Shown: positions 1 through 8,372 of the stretch, piece by piece
Layout: each line of letters starts with the position of its first letter
Position numbering within the stretch: position 1 is the stretch's first letter
Virus record (IMG/VR): IMGVR_UViG_3300021964_007165
Coordinates: 15,898 to 79,897 of that record
Origin: a virus
Direction: 5' to 3' (one strand)
DNA length: 64,000 bases
Notes under the pieces: model-generated
What the model was told of the DNA's origin: nothing
The model's input: the letters and a program-made list of their open reading frames with translations, nothing else
The model's database searches: none
Position numbers and translations under genes: made by a program

Positions 1-306
1 GCGTAAGTTAGGTGCCCAACGAGCACCAGTTGTTCCTGTTTCTTTTTCGTCATAGTTGTATCCAAACGCATCTTCACTCATCCAAGCATTTGTTTCACTA
101 CCGTGTCCGCTATCATCACGCAAACTTACTTTAAGTGCTTCACAACTAATACCAGTCATATTGCTAATAATAGTTGCAGGCACATTGCCGCCTCGTGTAA
201 TACCTACAATGTAGTCAGGACGCCATTTGTCCTTGTACATTTGATTAACAATACTGACGCACATTTTTTCTACGTCTTGCCAACTGTAAAACTTTTTCTT
301 AATCAT
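1..306 (-). CDS. Type I (purine/xanthine-guanine-like) phosphoribosyltransferase, runs off the left edge; not in ORF track
   Basis: Manual translation from ATG 306: MIKKKFYSWQDVEKMCVSIVNQMYKDKWRPDYIVGITRGGNVPATIISNM..., the PD.IVGI.RGG.VPA PRTase signature; open to base 1. Confidence 0.85.
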   Translation of the reverse strand, partial: MIKKKFYSWQDVEKMCVSIVNQMYKDKWRPDYIVGITRGGNVPATIISNMTGISCEALKVSLRDDSGHGSETNAWMSEDAFGYNYDEKETGTTGARWAPNLR

Positions 307-937
307 GACCTTTCCTTACCTCTATTAAGTTTGAGTTACCTTTTTCTACAATAATACCAGTTCCATTATTAAATCCAGCATTAACAAATTTAAGTGCGGG
401 AACAAATCTTGCATTAGATCTAAATCCTGTTGCACTGTGATTTATATTACTCTTAAAAAAACAAAAACGTCCTGGTACAGGAGCAACACTAATAATTAAC
501 GGATCAGTATTTCCTTGTACATCTTTAAGTTCATATCCTTCTAAGTCTTCAGTAGTAATAAAAAATTTAGTTTCACCTTTCTCGTCTGGACTCCAAGTAC
601 TATTACAATAATAAAGAAGTGTCCAATCGCAGTCGTCTTTATGGTAGTATGCATCTTCTCCAGTGGCAAAAAAGTTAAGATTGCTTCTACGATATTCTAA
701 CCCTTCGAGGTCATCTAATTTTTCATTAATAACGTTCCATATGGTTGACCAAGTATGTGTATGTTCAAATTCAAAACATTGTAATCCTGTGGGAGGTTGC
801 TCTGGGTTGTCTCTTGTCCCCCATTTGAAACTTAAATTTTGTATTTCATTTTCGAGAACTTTTATTACTTTAGGATTAAAAACGTTATCGTACGTTTTGA
901 TTAAACCTCCAAAGTATGTAGTGCGTTTAATCTCCAC
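299..937 (-). CDS. 2OG-Fe(II) dioxygenase (prolyl-hydroxylase-like)
   Basis: HKD...TLLYY.N..W...GET.F...H.A...R: HxD/H/R motifs. Confidence 0.8.
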   Translation of the reverse strand: MEIKRTTYFGGLIKTYDNVFNPKVIKVLENEIQNLSFKWGTRDNPEQPPTGLQCFEFEHTHTWSTIWNVINEKLDDLEGLEYRRSNLNFFATGEDAYYHKDDCDWTLLYYCNSTWSPDEKGETKFFITTEDLEGYELKDVQGNTDPLIISVAPVPGRFCFFKSNINHSATGFRSNARFVPALKFVNAGFNNGTGIIVEKGNSNLIEVRKGHD

Positions 938-1442
938 CTTTTGCTCCTATCCCTAAATATTCTTCATTGTGTATCCATTTGTAACCACGTTCCTCAATTT
1001 GACCTTTGTTAGTAAAAGGAAGGAATCCCCATTCTTTAACTTTACGTCCCATAAAGAATAAACTCCAACAAGGAATCTCGTTACCGTTTGCATCTTTCTC
1101 AAGTTCGAGCCAATGCAGATCGTCTGCTTTTCTATAACGGAAATGTCCAGGACCTCTCCACACTTTTGTACTACCCACAACTCCGCCTGTTGTTACATTT
1201 TTAAGCGGAATATGTTCCCAGTAACCACCTTTAAGAATAAGTGTTGCATAATTCCACGGATGGTCATGCAGTGTGGGCTCATCTCCTACAAGAACTTTGT
1301 GTAGTGTAATATTGAATGGAAAACGCTTTCTATTTTTTAGAAATACATAGTAACGGATAAGATAAGGTATCTTTCCGTCTCTATCGTAAATAACTCTTTT
1401 ACGTCCTAATAGTTCCATTAATTTAGAAAGGAATGTCATCAT
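927..1442 (-). CDS. Cupin-fold metal-binding protein
   Basis: LHDHPW...ILKGGYWE and distal H (DDLHWLEL), cupin motifs 1 and 2. Confidence 0.65.
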   Translation of the reverse strand: MMTFLSKLMELLGRKRVIYDRDGKIPYLIRYYVFLKNRKRFPFNITLHKVLVGDEPTLHDHPWNYATLILKGGYWEHIPLKNVTTGGVVGSTKVWRGPGHFRYRKADDLHWLELEKDANGNEIPCWSLFFMGRKVKEWGFLPFTNKGQIEERGYKWIHNEEYLGIGAKGGD

Positions 1443-1761
1443 TTGCTCTACTCTTATAATCGTCTTTTACTAAATTATACACTTCAATAAATTTTAGATA
1501 TTGAATTTTAAGTGCTGGATATATTTCAATCATTTTTTCAAGATCGTATTCACTTGGCCATTTTGCCGGACCAGTATCGAAATCTTCAAAAGTATATGTT
1601 GGTGCAAAAGCAGGAGATTCATATGATGATGTGTACTCATCGTTATTAAGTGAAATAGTAAAAGTACCATCTGTTTCGCATAAATCATCTTTGGCTATAG
1701 TAATACCATCAATACTTCCGTCTGAAGAGTAATTAACAGTATAAGAGTTATCATCATCCAT
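1423..1761 (-). CDS. Acidic hypothetical protein with SSB-type C-terminal tail (DDIPF)
   Basis: ORF track 1423..1791, ATG 1761 preferred (overlaps upstream stop); ends RANDDIPF. Confidence 0.6.
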   Translation of the reverse strand: MDDDNSYTVNYSSDGSIDGITIAKDDLCETDGTFTISLNNDEYTSSYESPAFAPTYTFEDFDTGPAKWPSEYDLEKMIEIYPALKIQYLKFIEVYNLVKDDYKSRANDDIPF

Positions 1762-2806
1762 TTGCAATTTTCTCGTATAGTTTTTTTCCACTAAAATATT
1801 CCTGTGCTAATTTCAATGTTTGCTTCTGCATGGGAATCAAGTAATCTTTATAATTTTCCATATAATTAATAATCCTATTACAAACTTGTTCTTTGTGCTT
1901 TTTATAAGTTTCAAAATCTTTTGTCCATATACTTGGATACTTGAATTCTTCAAGTGCCATCTCACTATAACTAAGTCTATCAGGAACCATAGGAATAGCA
2001 TCTACAAGTGCGCCTTCATACCAACTAATACCAAGTGTTTCTTGTAGGTTAGCAGAGAATATAAGTTTTGCTTTTCCTAATAAATTATGATACTCATTTT
2101 TAGTCAACTGTTTTTCTTGGCAAACTACAAATTCATATTGTGGTAATTTCTCTTTTAGATCTCTAAAGATATCAATCTGTTTCTCTGGTGCAATTCTGTG
2201 TGGGAAAAGAATTAAATTTTCTTTATCCATATTTTTATACATATTAAAACTATTAGCCAAATACTCCATAGGCCAACCAACACGTACTGGTTCATGCTCT
2301 ACAGTAATTTCTCTAAACGATTCTTCAAACAAATCAATATGGAAGTCTGTAGCAAAGAAGTTATCGTCATAACATTCATACATTGACCGCTCTGCATTTC
2401 TTACCCAAGGCTTATCGCCAATTAGTCTGCCCAAGAAATCCTGTGGGTCATAACTACCAGCATGCCACAAGCCACCAATGCGAATGTTAACACCCAATAG
2501 TTCTGCCATGTAGCGTAGTTGTATAACTGTAGGGTTCCAGGCATCGGTATAGAGAAAATAATCGCCGTCCTTAATAGTTCCTGCACAGAACATTTCTCCT
2601 ATTTGTTCTAATTGTTTACTTTTATAAACATTAGTACCGCCGAAATTAAGGAAAGCCCCAGGCGTAGTTGCCTGAGGCGTTTCCCCACCACTAATGACTT
2701 TTATATCTTCATTTGTAGCACGTTGAAGTTGCTTTGGCAGATGTTCTTTCCATTGCTTAGTATAGCGTGTGTCTACTGCTTCAATGTCTACAATATAAAC
2801 TGCCAT
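1754..2806 (-). CDS. GT-B fold (GT4-like) glycosyltransferase, resembles GTDC1/QTMAN family
   Basis: FPHRIAPEK and SANLQETLGISWYEG (Ex7E) ...PMVPDRLSYSEM donor-binding motifs. Confidence 0.8.
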   Translation of the reverse strand: MAVYIVDIEAVDTRYTKQWKEHLPKQLQRATNEDIKVISGGETPQATTPGAFLNFGGTNVYKSKQLEQIGEMFCAGTIKDGDYFLYTDAWNPTVIQLRYMAELLGVNIRIGGLWHAGSYDPQDFLGRLIGDKPWVRNAERSMYECYDDNFFATDFHIDLFEESFREITVEHEPVRVGWPMEYLANSFNMYKNMDKENLILFPHRIAPEKQIDIFRDLKEKLPQYEFVVCQEKQLTKNEYHNLLGKAKLIFSANLQETLGISWYEGALVDAIPMVPDRLSYSEMALEEFKYPSIWTKDFETYKKHKEQVCNRIINYMENYKDYLIPMQKQTLKLAQEYFSGKKLYEKIANG

Positions 2807-3039
2807 TAGTGCCTCCTGTTGTTAAACTTCTTATTTTTATTAAAAGGGCGTGGTTTCTTGCCCTTTTTAAAATTACAAAAGTTACGCCACGCTTCACTTT
2901 TGTTATTATACAAGTCTCTCTCATCAAACTTGTATGCACGATGGTAACCTAACACCCAAGAACTCGCACAAAATTCTTTAAATGCTTCAAGGTCATTAAA
3001 AACCTTGTTGTAAACTTCACGATCAAACTTAATCGCCAT
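2806..3039 (-). CDS. Small basic hypothetical protein
   Basis: ATG 3039 after GAGGT RBS; MAIKFDREVYNK...; tightly packed in operon. Confidence 0.6.
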   Translation of the reverse strand: MAIKFDREVYNKVFNDLEAFKEFCASSWVLGYHRAYKFDERDLYNNKSEAWRNFCNFKKGKKPRPFNKNKKFNNRRH

Positions 3040-3052
3040 TTGATTATACCTC

Positions 3053-3496
3053 TCAGTATTTTGCGTACTCAATATGGGCACCATTCTCTCCATCTTCACT
3101 GATATCGATATGAACTTCACGCCCGGGGAATTTTTCAGAGATCTTTTCGTAAAGATCATCTGCCATCATTTCACATGATTTATAATCTAAGTTTAAAGTT
3201 CCTTCGCTATATAATTTCTCCATCCACCGTTTAAATTGAATAAATTCAATATCTCTGTCGTTGTGTGTAACAGTGATACCTACTTTAAAATGGAATATGT
3301 GTCTATGGGGATATCCCAAGAACGAAACATCATATTCATCACCTGTTGCCAGTGCTGGATCTTCCAGTGCCGCAGGATACTTGTGGATACCTTCTTTACG
3401 GAAAGTTACCCAAATCATTCTCTTTGCTGTATTCATAATTTTTTCATGTGTTTCTTTTGACATTGCTTCTTTAATCATTGTATCAGTTATACTCAT
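3053..3496 (-). CDS. T-fold QueD paralog, DpdL-like (putative 7-carboxy-7-deazaguanine decarboxylase family)
   Basis: LGYPHRHIF = LxxxHRHxF in place of QueD CxxxHGH; DIEFI and SCEM T-fold motifs; near dpdA-like gene. Confidence 0.7.
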   Translation of the reverse strand: MSITDTMIKEAMSKETHEKIMNTAKRMIWVTFRKEGIHKYPAALEDPALATGDEYDVSFLGYPHRHIFHFKVGITVTHNDRDIEFIQFKRWMEKLYSEGTLNLDYKSCEMMADDLYEKISEKFPGREVHIDISEDGENGAHIEYAKY

Positions 3497-3502
3497 ACTA
3501 TA

Positions 3503-4051
3503 CTACCTTTCTTTGTTGTTGTCAACCGGATTATCGTTCTCATATTTGGACCAATCTGTAAAAGTTGAACGTTTTTGCAAATCATGTACTTGATGAATCC
3601 AAACACCAGCATTTGATGCTTTAAAGTCTTTGTCATCAATTTTGATACAAGCATTATAATTAAGTTGATCAATATAAGGCAGTTTAACACTAATCTGACT
3701 AATAAATTTACTTTCTTCATTGTAACCAGATTCAATTACATATTCGTGATATTTTACATCATAATCAAGTGTTACAGTATACCCTTCTTTAAGCAAACCA
3801 TATACAAGTGAATCCCATGCTTTGTTAGTAGCATCATCTCCGTATGGTAATGTAACTGCAAAACTTTGATTAGCACCAAGATAGATATGATCAACGTGTG
3901 TCTTTTTTGCTTGTTCCAGAACTTCTTCTAATGGTCGGCATCCTACTACAAATAGTGTATCCATGTCATATGCCGGTGTATGTTCTACTTCATAACCAGT
4001 GAAGTATACTACATTGTCTTTTACTTGTCCGTCGCTATAATCACGCTTCAC
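3503..4051 (-). CDS. Hypothetical protein in deazaguanine locus
   Basis: 182 aa, globular-looking (EVEHTPAY, HIYLGAN); no family recognised. Confidence 0.6.
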   Translation of the reverse strand: MKRDYSDGQVKDNVVYFTGYEVEHTPAYDMDTLFVVGCRPLEEVLEQAKKTHVDHIYLGANQSFAVTLPYGDDATNKAWDSLVYGLLKEGYTVTLDYDVKYHEYVIESGYNEESKFISQISVKLPYIDQLNYNACIKIDDKDFKASNAGVWIHQVHDLQKRSTFTDWSKYENDNPVDNNKER

Positions 4052-4241
4052 TTTTAAATGCCTTCATTAATTCTTTAATTTGATCCTTAATCGCTAACTT
4101 AGTTTTCTTTAATTTAAGTAGAAGACTCTTGTGTACAAAAGATCTATCGTAGGTTCTTTCGTCTTCAAGTTCTTTTACTTTAGCATCATACCAAGCATGA
4201 TGTTCTTTTAGTTTTTCTATTTTTTTACTTGCTTTTGCCAT
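4041..4241 (-). CDS. Small coiled-coil protein (YdcH/DUF465-like)
   Basis: LKEHH...D.KVKELE...LKK.KLAIKDQI pattern; ATG 4241 after GAGGAG. Confidence 0.55.
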   Translation of the reverse strand: MAKASKKIEKLKEHHAWYDAKVKELEDERTYDRSFVHKSLLLKLKKTKLAIKDQIKELMKAFKSEA

Positions 4242-4242
4242 T

Positions 4243-5700
4243 TTATAACTCCTCAAAGAGATTGCCGAATTGTGTTTGGGCATTTACTGTTTTCTTTCCT
4301 GTTGCTCCTCTGGTTCCAATAATTGACATCCAGAATTTGTTAAATTCTTCTATGACTGCATTTGCTTCATCTCTGCTTGACGTTGCGAATATTGCTTCCA
4401 CAACATCTCTAAAAAATAACCTGTCGAACCGTTCTTCCACAAGCATCGCTGGAAGTACTCCGTTGTCGTATTGTCTATTCGCTTCTTGTACTGCATTAAT
4501 ATGACTCCATACATTATGACCCATCTGGATTGCATATGAAAAACTATCCCAAGATGTTTTTCCTTCTTTACCTATTTTATTTAGGTCGCCTGGAGCATAA
4601 ATGCACACGTCTTTGGCTTGTAAATTTTGGGTAATAGGTGAATTTAAGAAACTTCTATGTTTCCCTTCACGAACAAACGCATCGCTAAAAGGTGATGTAT
4701 CAGTTGCCAATGCCTTATCATCAATGCCAGGTACCATTCTGTATACCCATTTCTTTCTATCTTGTGTTTCAAGTTCGCAGTAAATCTGTCCATTTGCAGT
4801 TGCAAGGAATGGTGAAGCACAATCAAATGTAATAGTAAAGTTTTCATTGTGGTACTTACGTACGGCTCTTTGTACATCAGTTAGTAGTGTCGCCCATTCT
4901 AATTTGCTTGTGCCTAAGAAGTGCATAAAGTCGTGTTTGCCCTTTTCAAGCAATCCATCGAAACGCAGTGCTACAAGTCTTTTTAGTACCAAGTGTACAT
5001 CACACATATTCTGACCACCCATTGACCAACCATTAAAGTGTGTACTTGGATATACTTTAGGATCACAGTAGTCTTTCATCTGTTGATACCAGTCTTCAGC
5101 ATCAGCATGATTTTCACCTTGCAATACGTTTAAAAACTTACAAGAACCCGAACGGTTTTTCATAAAGTAGTCGTTATTGATACGTGTAGCATTTACAGCA
5201 TCTTGATAGTTGTCAATACCTGTTGCTTTTGCTCCTTCTGGAGAACGTGCTACCCAGGCAGGAATATCAAGAATCATACCATAGTCCATATAAGCATCCA
5301 TCCACGCAAGAACTTGCTCACGTTTCTTTTTTGCTTTAGGACAGTTAGGATCTTTCCAATCACCTTCCCAGACTCCTTTACCAATTTGGAAACCACCTGA
5401 GTCGCCTAACAACCAACTGTTGTTACGATCTCTATTCCTAATCATATCTTCTTTAGGCGAATCCTTATTGATATCTAACTCTGCATGACCTGCTGAATAC
5501 AAACTCCAATGATAGTTGAATAGACCGTCTTTAGTATTAAACCAATTAAGACTTTCCATCTCATTGTTAGGAAAAGGAATACGACTTTTGTCTACATATT
5601 CTTCCTTACGTTGTTTGCCTATAAAAGTTGCATAAAAGCCACTAATAGCCGGAAGAAAGATTGCGTAGTCTTTCTGTTCTTTAGTTAAGTCCGTATTCAA
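4243..5700 (-). CDS. dpdA: TGT-superfamily transglycosylase, DpdA-like (7-deazaguanine insertion into DNA)
   Basis: DSGGFQ, MILDIP, NVLQG, GWSMGG, HFLG, FDCASP and C-terminal HN motifs of TGT fold; no CxCxxC; adjacent to replication genes; subclass not resolved. Confidence 0.8.
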   Translation of the reverse strand: MNTDLTKEQKDYAIFLPAISGFYATFIGKQRKEEYVDKSRIPFPNNEMESLNWFNTKDGLFNYHWSLYSAGHAELDINKDSPKEDMIRNRDRNNSWLLGDSGGFQIGKGVWEGDWKDPNCPKAKKKREQVLAWMDAYMDYGMILDIPAWVARSPEGAKATGIDNYQDAVNATRINNDYFMKNRSGSCKFLNVLQGENHADAEDWYQQMKDYCDPKVYPSTHFNGWSMGGQNMCDVHLVLKRLVALRFDGLLEKGKHDFMHFLGTSKLEWATLLTDVQRAVRKYHNENFTITFDCASPFLATANGQIYCELETQDRKKWVYRMVPGIDDKALATDTSPFSDAFVREGKHRSFLNSPITQNLQAKDVCIYAPGDLNKIGKEGKTSWDSFSYAIQMGHNVWSHINAVQEANRQYDNGVLPAMLVEERFDRLFFRDVVEAIFATSSRDEANAVIEEFNKFWMSIIGTRGATGKKTVNAQTQFGNLFEEL

Positions 5701-5710
5701 AATATTCTCC

Positions 5711-6439
5711 TTATTTAGTTTGTGCTGGAAGAATATAATTATATTCTGCTAATCCAGAGTCTACAGTAAGTTGCATTGCACCTTGATCTGAAATACTCAT
5801 TGTAACTTTACCATCTAAGTTTAAGATTGCTTGTACTTGTGCTACAGGCCAACTCCAAGAATGTTTTAAAGATCCTGTAATATCTGTATGGAATACAAAT
5901 GAACCTGCATGTTGTGAAGCATCACCGAAACTAAACACTAAGTTAGTACCGTCGGTTTTTACACTAAACACAGTTTCTTCAGAATGTGCAAGACTTTGAA
6001 ACTTCATTCTTTGAATAGCCGCCATTGTTGGTTCAACTTCAACATCCCATGAAGCACCTTTAAACTTAACTGTCTTAAGTTTTTCTTCAATAATTTGTTT
6101 ATTCATAAAACGATAATCGTTTTCAAAGTCACCTGTTTCGTTTTCAAAGTGGATATGTGTTGGAATAGTTTCGCCATTACGCTCTGCCTGTTCTACAGTA
6201 ATTTTAGAATTCTTTTGATATTCCGGACACTTCAAATGCAAACTTAATTTATCTAAGTTAGGCATTCCAAATGTACCTGTGAATTCTGCTACAGGATTTT
6301 TAGTTTTAGAACTAAGAATCACTGAACGATCTTCTGCCATCGATTCGATAGTAGTATCAGTTTCGTTCGTTACCTTTACAATGTTAAGAAATCCTAACGA
6401 GTGTGTATGGGCAACAATGTCTTGTAAAATGTCTTTCAT
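5711..6439 (-). CDS. DNA sliding clamp (gp45/PCNA-like)
   Basis: 242 aa alpha/beta pattern ending Y.YILPA; polB and clamp loader in the same window. Confidence 0.7.
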   Translation of the reverse strand: MKDILQDIVAHTHSLGFLNIVKVTNETDTTIESMAEDRSVILSSKTKNPVAEFTGTFGMPNLDKLSLHLKCPEYQKNSKITVEQAERNGETIPTHIHFENETGDFENDYRFMNKQIIEEKLKTVKFKGASWDVEVEPTMAAIQRMKFQSLAHSEETVFSVKTDGTNLVFSFGDASQHAGSFVFHTDITGSLKHSWSWPVAQVQAILNLDGKVTMSISDQGAMQLTVDSGLAEYNYILPAQTK

Positions 6440-7206
6440 GTTTGTTCTCCTATTGTTACATTATATTTAGAAAATGCTTCTTTGTCAAGTGTTTTTTCCT
6501 GGCACAAGAAGTCAATTACATCAATTTGTGGCCGCCAGCCAATACTTGTTAATTGAGTAATATCGGCAGTATTATCTATGCGTTCATGCTTACTGCCATT
6601 ACGCATTGGTATGTTTTTTATACCCTTTGCATCTAACAGTTTTGATAAGTGATAACTGTTTCCAGTACCAATATCAATAACGCCTTTTAAATCACTATTC
6701 ATTATCATAGTAATTGCTCTACACACATCTGCCATATGTATAAAATCTCTTGTATGATTGTTAATATATTCAACATCATTTCTTAGCAACTTTGGTATAA
6801 ACATATTAGGTCTTGCATCAGAACCGTACATTGTAGTAAAACGTAATCCAATACAGTGTTCTAAAGCATATCTTTCCATAATAAACTTTGAGTAAGCATA
6901 TGGATTCTTATCCGGTTCTTTTGCTGTACTTGAACTTGCATAATATATTGGGCAAGTATAATAATCAAATAATCTTTTTGATGCTAATACATTATTTTCC
7001 CAATAGTCTGTTGGATTATCAATACTTTCTCTTACTCCGCTTTTGCCTGCTAAATGAATTACAGCATCTATATCATTAGGTAGTTCACAAGTATTTAGGT
7101 CTGTTCCTAATTTTAAGTCAATAAAAGTCATTTGGTGTATACCGCGCCAAAACATTTTTAGAACTGAACCAAGCATTCCTTCACTTCCTGTAATTAATAA
7201 TTTCAT
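6436..7206 (-). CDS. NAD-dependent NDP-sugar epimerase/dehydratase (extended SDR)
   Basis: ITGSEGMLG, HLAG, ASSS, YAYSK, RDFIH motifs. Confidence 0.9.
   Translation of the reverse strand: MKLLITGSEGMLGSVLKMFWRGIHQMTFIDLKLGTDLNTCELPNDIDAVIHLAGKSGVRESIDNPTDYWENNVLASKRLFDYYTCPIYYASSSTAKEPDKNPYAYSKFIMERYALEHCIGLRFTTMYGSDARPNMFIPKLLRNDVEYINNHTRDFIHMADVCRAITMIMNSDLKGVIDIGTGNSYHLSKLLDAKGIKNIPMRNGSKHERIDNTADITQLTSIGWRPQIDVIDFLCQEKTLDKEAFSKYNVTIGEQT
6460..6488 (-). promoter_or_regulatory. sigma70-type promoter for the clamp/dpdA operon
   Basis: TTGACA (6488-6483)-N17-TATAAT (6465-6460). Confidence 0.8.
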
Positions 7207-7451
7207 ATTCCTATCCAATTATAAACGCCTCTAACTGCTAAAAGCAAATACATTAATTCCATTAATGCTCGAGGTATGTCTTTATCTTTTACACCCATCC
7301 ATATCCATATACTACAAGATGCTAATGCTACTGACCATCCTAACCATTGTAATTCGGGATCTCCTCCACTTAAGGTAAAAGCACTCACCATAGCAAGTAT
7401 AAATCCTAACCATCTCCAACCGTCAATCTTATGATAGTAGCGTATTTTCAA
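7203..7451 (-). CDS. Small 3-TM membrane protein (PnuC/SemiSWEET-like half unit)
   Basis: Three hydrophobic segments, ends G.YNW. Confidence 0.5.
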   Translation of the reverse strand: MKIRYYHKIDGWRWLGFILAMVSAFTLSGGDPELQWLGWSVALASCSIWIWMGVKDKDIPRALMELMYLLLAVRGVYNWIGI

Positions 7452-7833
7452 ATTCTTCCTTTACATAACGTTTAAGTTCATGATCGCCTATATTGTTAGG
7501 CACTCTTTTTTTATAAAATAGTTCATAACTGTCACTGCCATATTTTCCGATACCGTATAGTTGTGTAGCATCTTCTCCGTCCCAGTCCTTAAACTGTTCA
7601 CTCATTCGATACAGTCTTTCTGCTCTAACGTGTCGCATACCAAGTGGAGCAATTATGTCTTCAATTTGTTTACGTGTTGCATGGAGTAGACTTGTGTGTG
7701 TAGGCCACTTAGCAAAAAACTTTGGCAGTACACGTTTTACTTGTTTACGATTTGTCAAGTTCAAACAAATAACACCAACCATGTGTTGCCACGCATTATC
7801 CACTTGTTGTTGTACCATTAAATCATCTCTCAT
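7429..7833 (-). CDS. HhH DNA glycosylase, MBD4-like
   Basis: ICLN.T, PLG, LYGIGKYGSDSY.LF, DHEL motifs match MBD4 catalytic domain. Confidence 0.8.
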   Translation of the reverse strand: MRDDLMVQQQVDNAWQHMVGVICLNLTNRKQVKRVLPKFFAKWPTHTSLLHATRKQIEDIIAPLGMRHVRAERLYRMSEQFKDWDGEDATQLYGIGKYGSDSYELFYKKRVPNNIGDHELKRYVKEEFENTLLS

Positions 7834-8372
7834 TTCTTAACTCCGAAATGTTTAAAAGTTGATTGTACACATTTTGCCTGATAGTAACAATCTGCTAATG
7901 CATTGTGTAGACTTTCTTGTATTGCTTTACGAGGATCTATAGGCATCATACTAAACAAAGTTCTACTATCTCTAATCTGCCAAAAGTTCCAAGGACAAGG
8001 TTTACCAATATTTTTATATAAATTTTGTAATATCGCATAATCAAACAGCGGACCTTGACACCATAGTTGATCAACACCTACACAAAATTTGTTGATTGCT
8101 TTTGTTAGTGTGTCCATGTTCACACGATCTTCATGATCACCAAATGCTTCGTCTTGTATTTTTTGATCTTGTTTTGTCCACCAAGCAAGGGTATTGTCAT
8201 CAATACTTCTACCATATTTTTCACTTTGTTCTTCTATATCGCAACGCATATACAATCCAGAATGTGGTTCAGAATCGGAATAAGGATCAAACTTTATAGC
8301 ACCAAGTGTAATAATTACACTGTCTGGTTCAACACCAAGTGTCTCTAAGTCAATCATTCCGTGTACTGCCAT
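7830..8372 (-). CDS. DEDDh 3'-5' exonuclease (DexA/Rv2179c-like)
   Basis: MIDLETLG, FDYAIL, RDSRT, HNALAD motifs. Confidence 0.85.
   Translation of the reverse strand: MAVHGMIDLETLGVEPDSVIITLGAIKFDPYSDSEPHSGLYMRCDIEEQSEKYGRSIDDNTLAWWTKQDQKIQDEAFGDHEDRVNMDTLTKAINKFCVGVDQLWCQGPLFDYAILQNLYKNIGKPCPWNFWQIRDSRTLFSMMPIDPRKAIQESLHNALADCYYQAKCVQSTFKHFGVKK

Noticed and set aside
4243-5700. Canonical tRNA-guanine transglycosylase (tgt)
   Set aside because: Lacks the CxCxxC zinc site, is longer and divergent, and sits with the clamp and DpdL-like gene; DNA-acting DpdA is more likely though unproven
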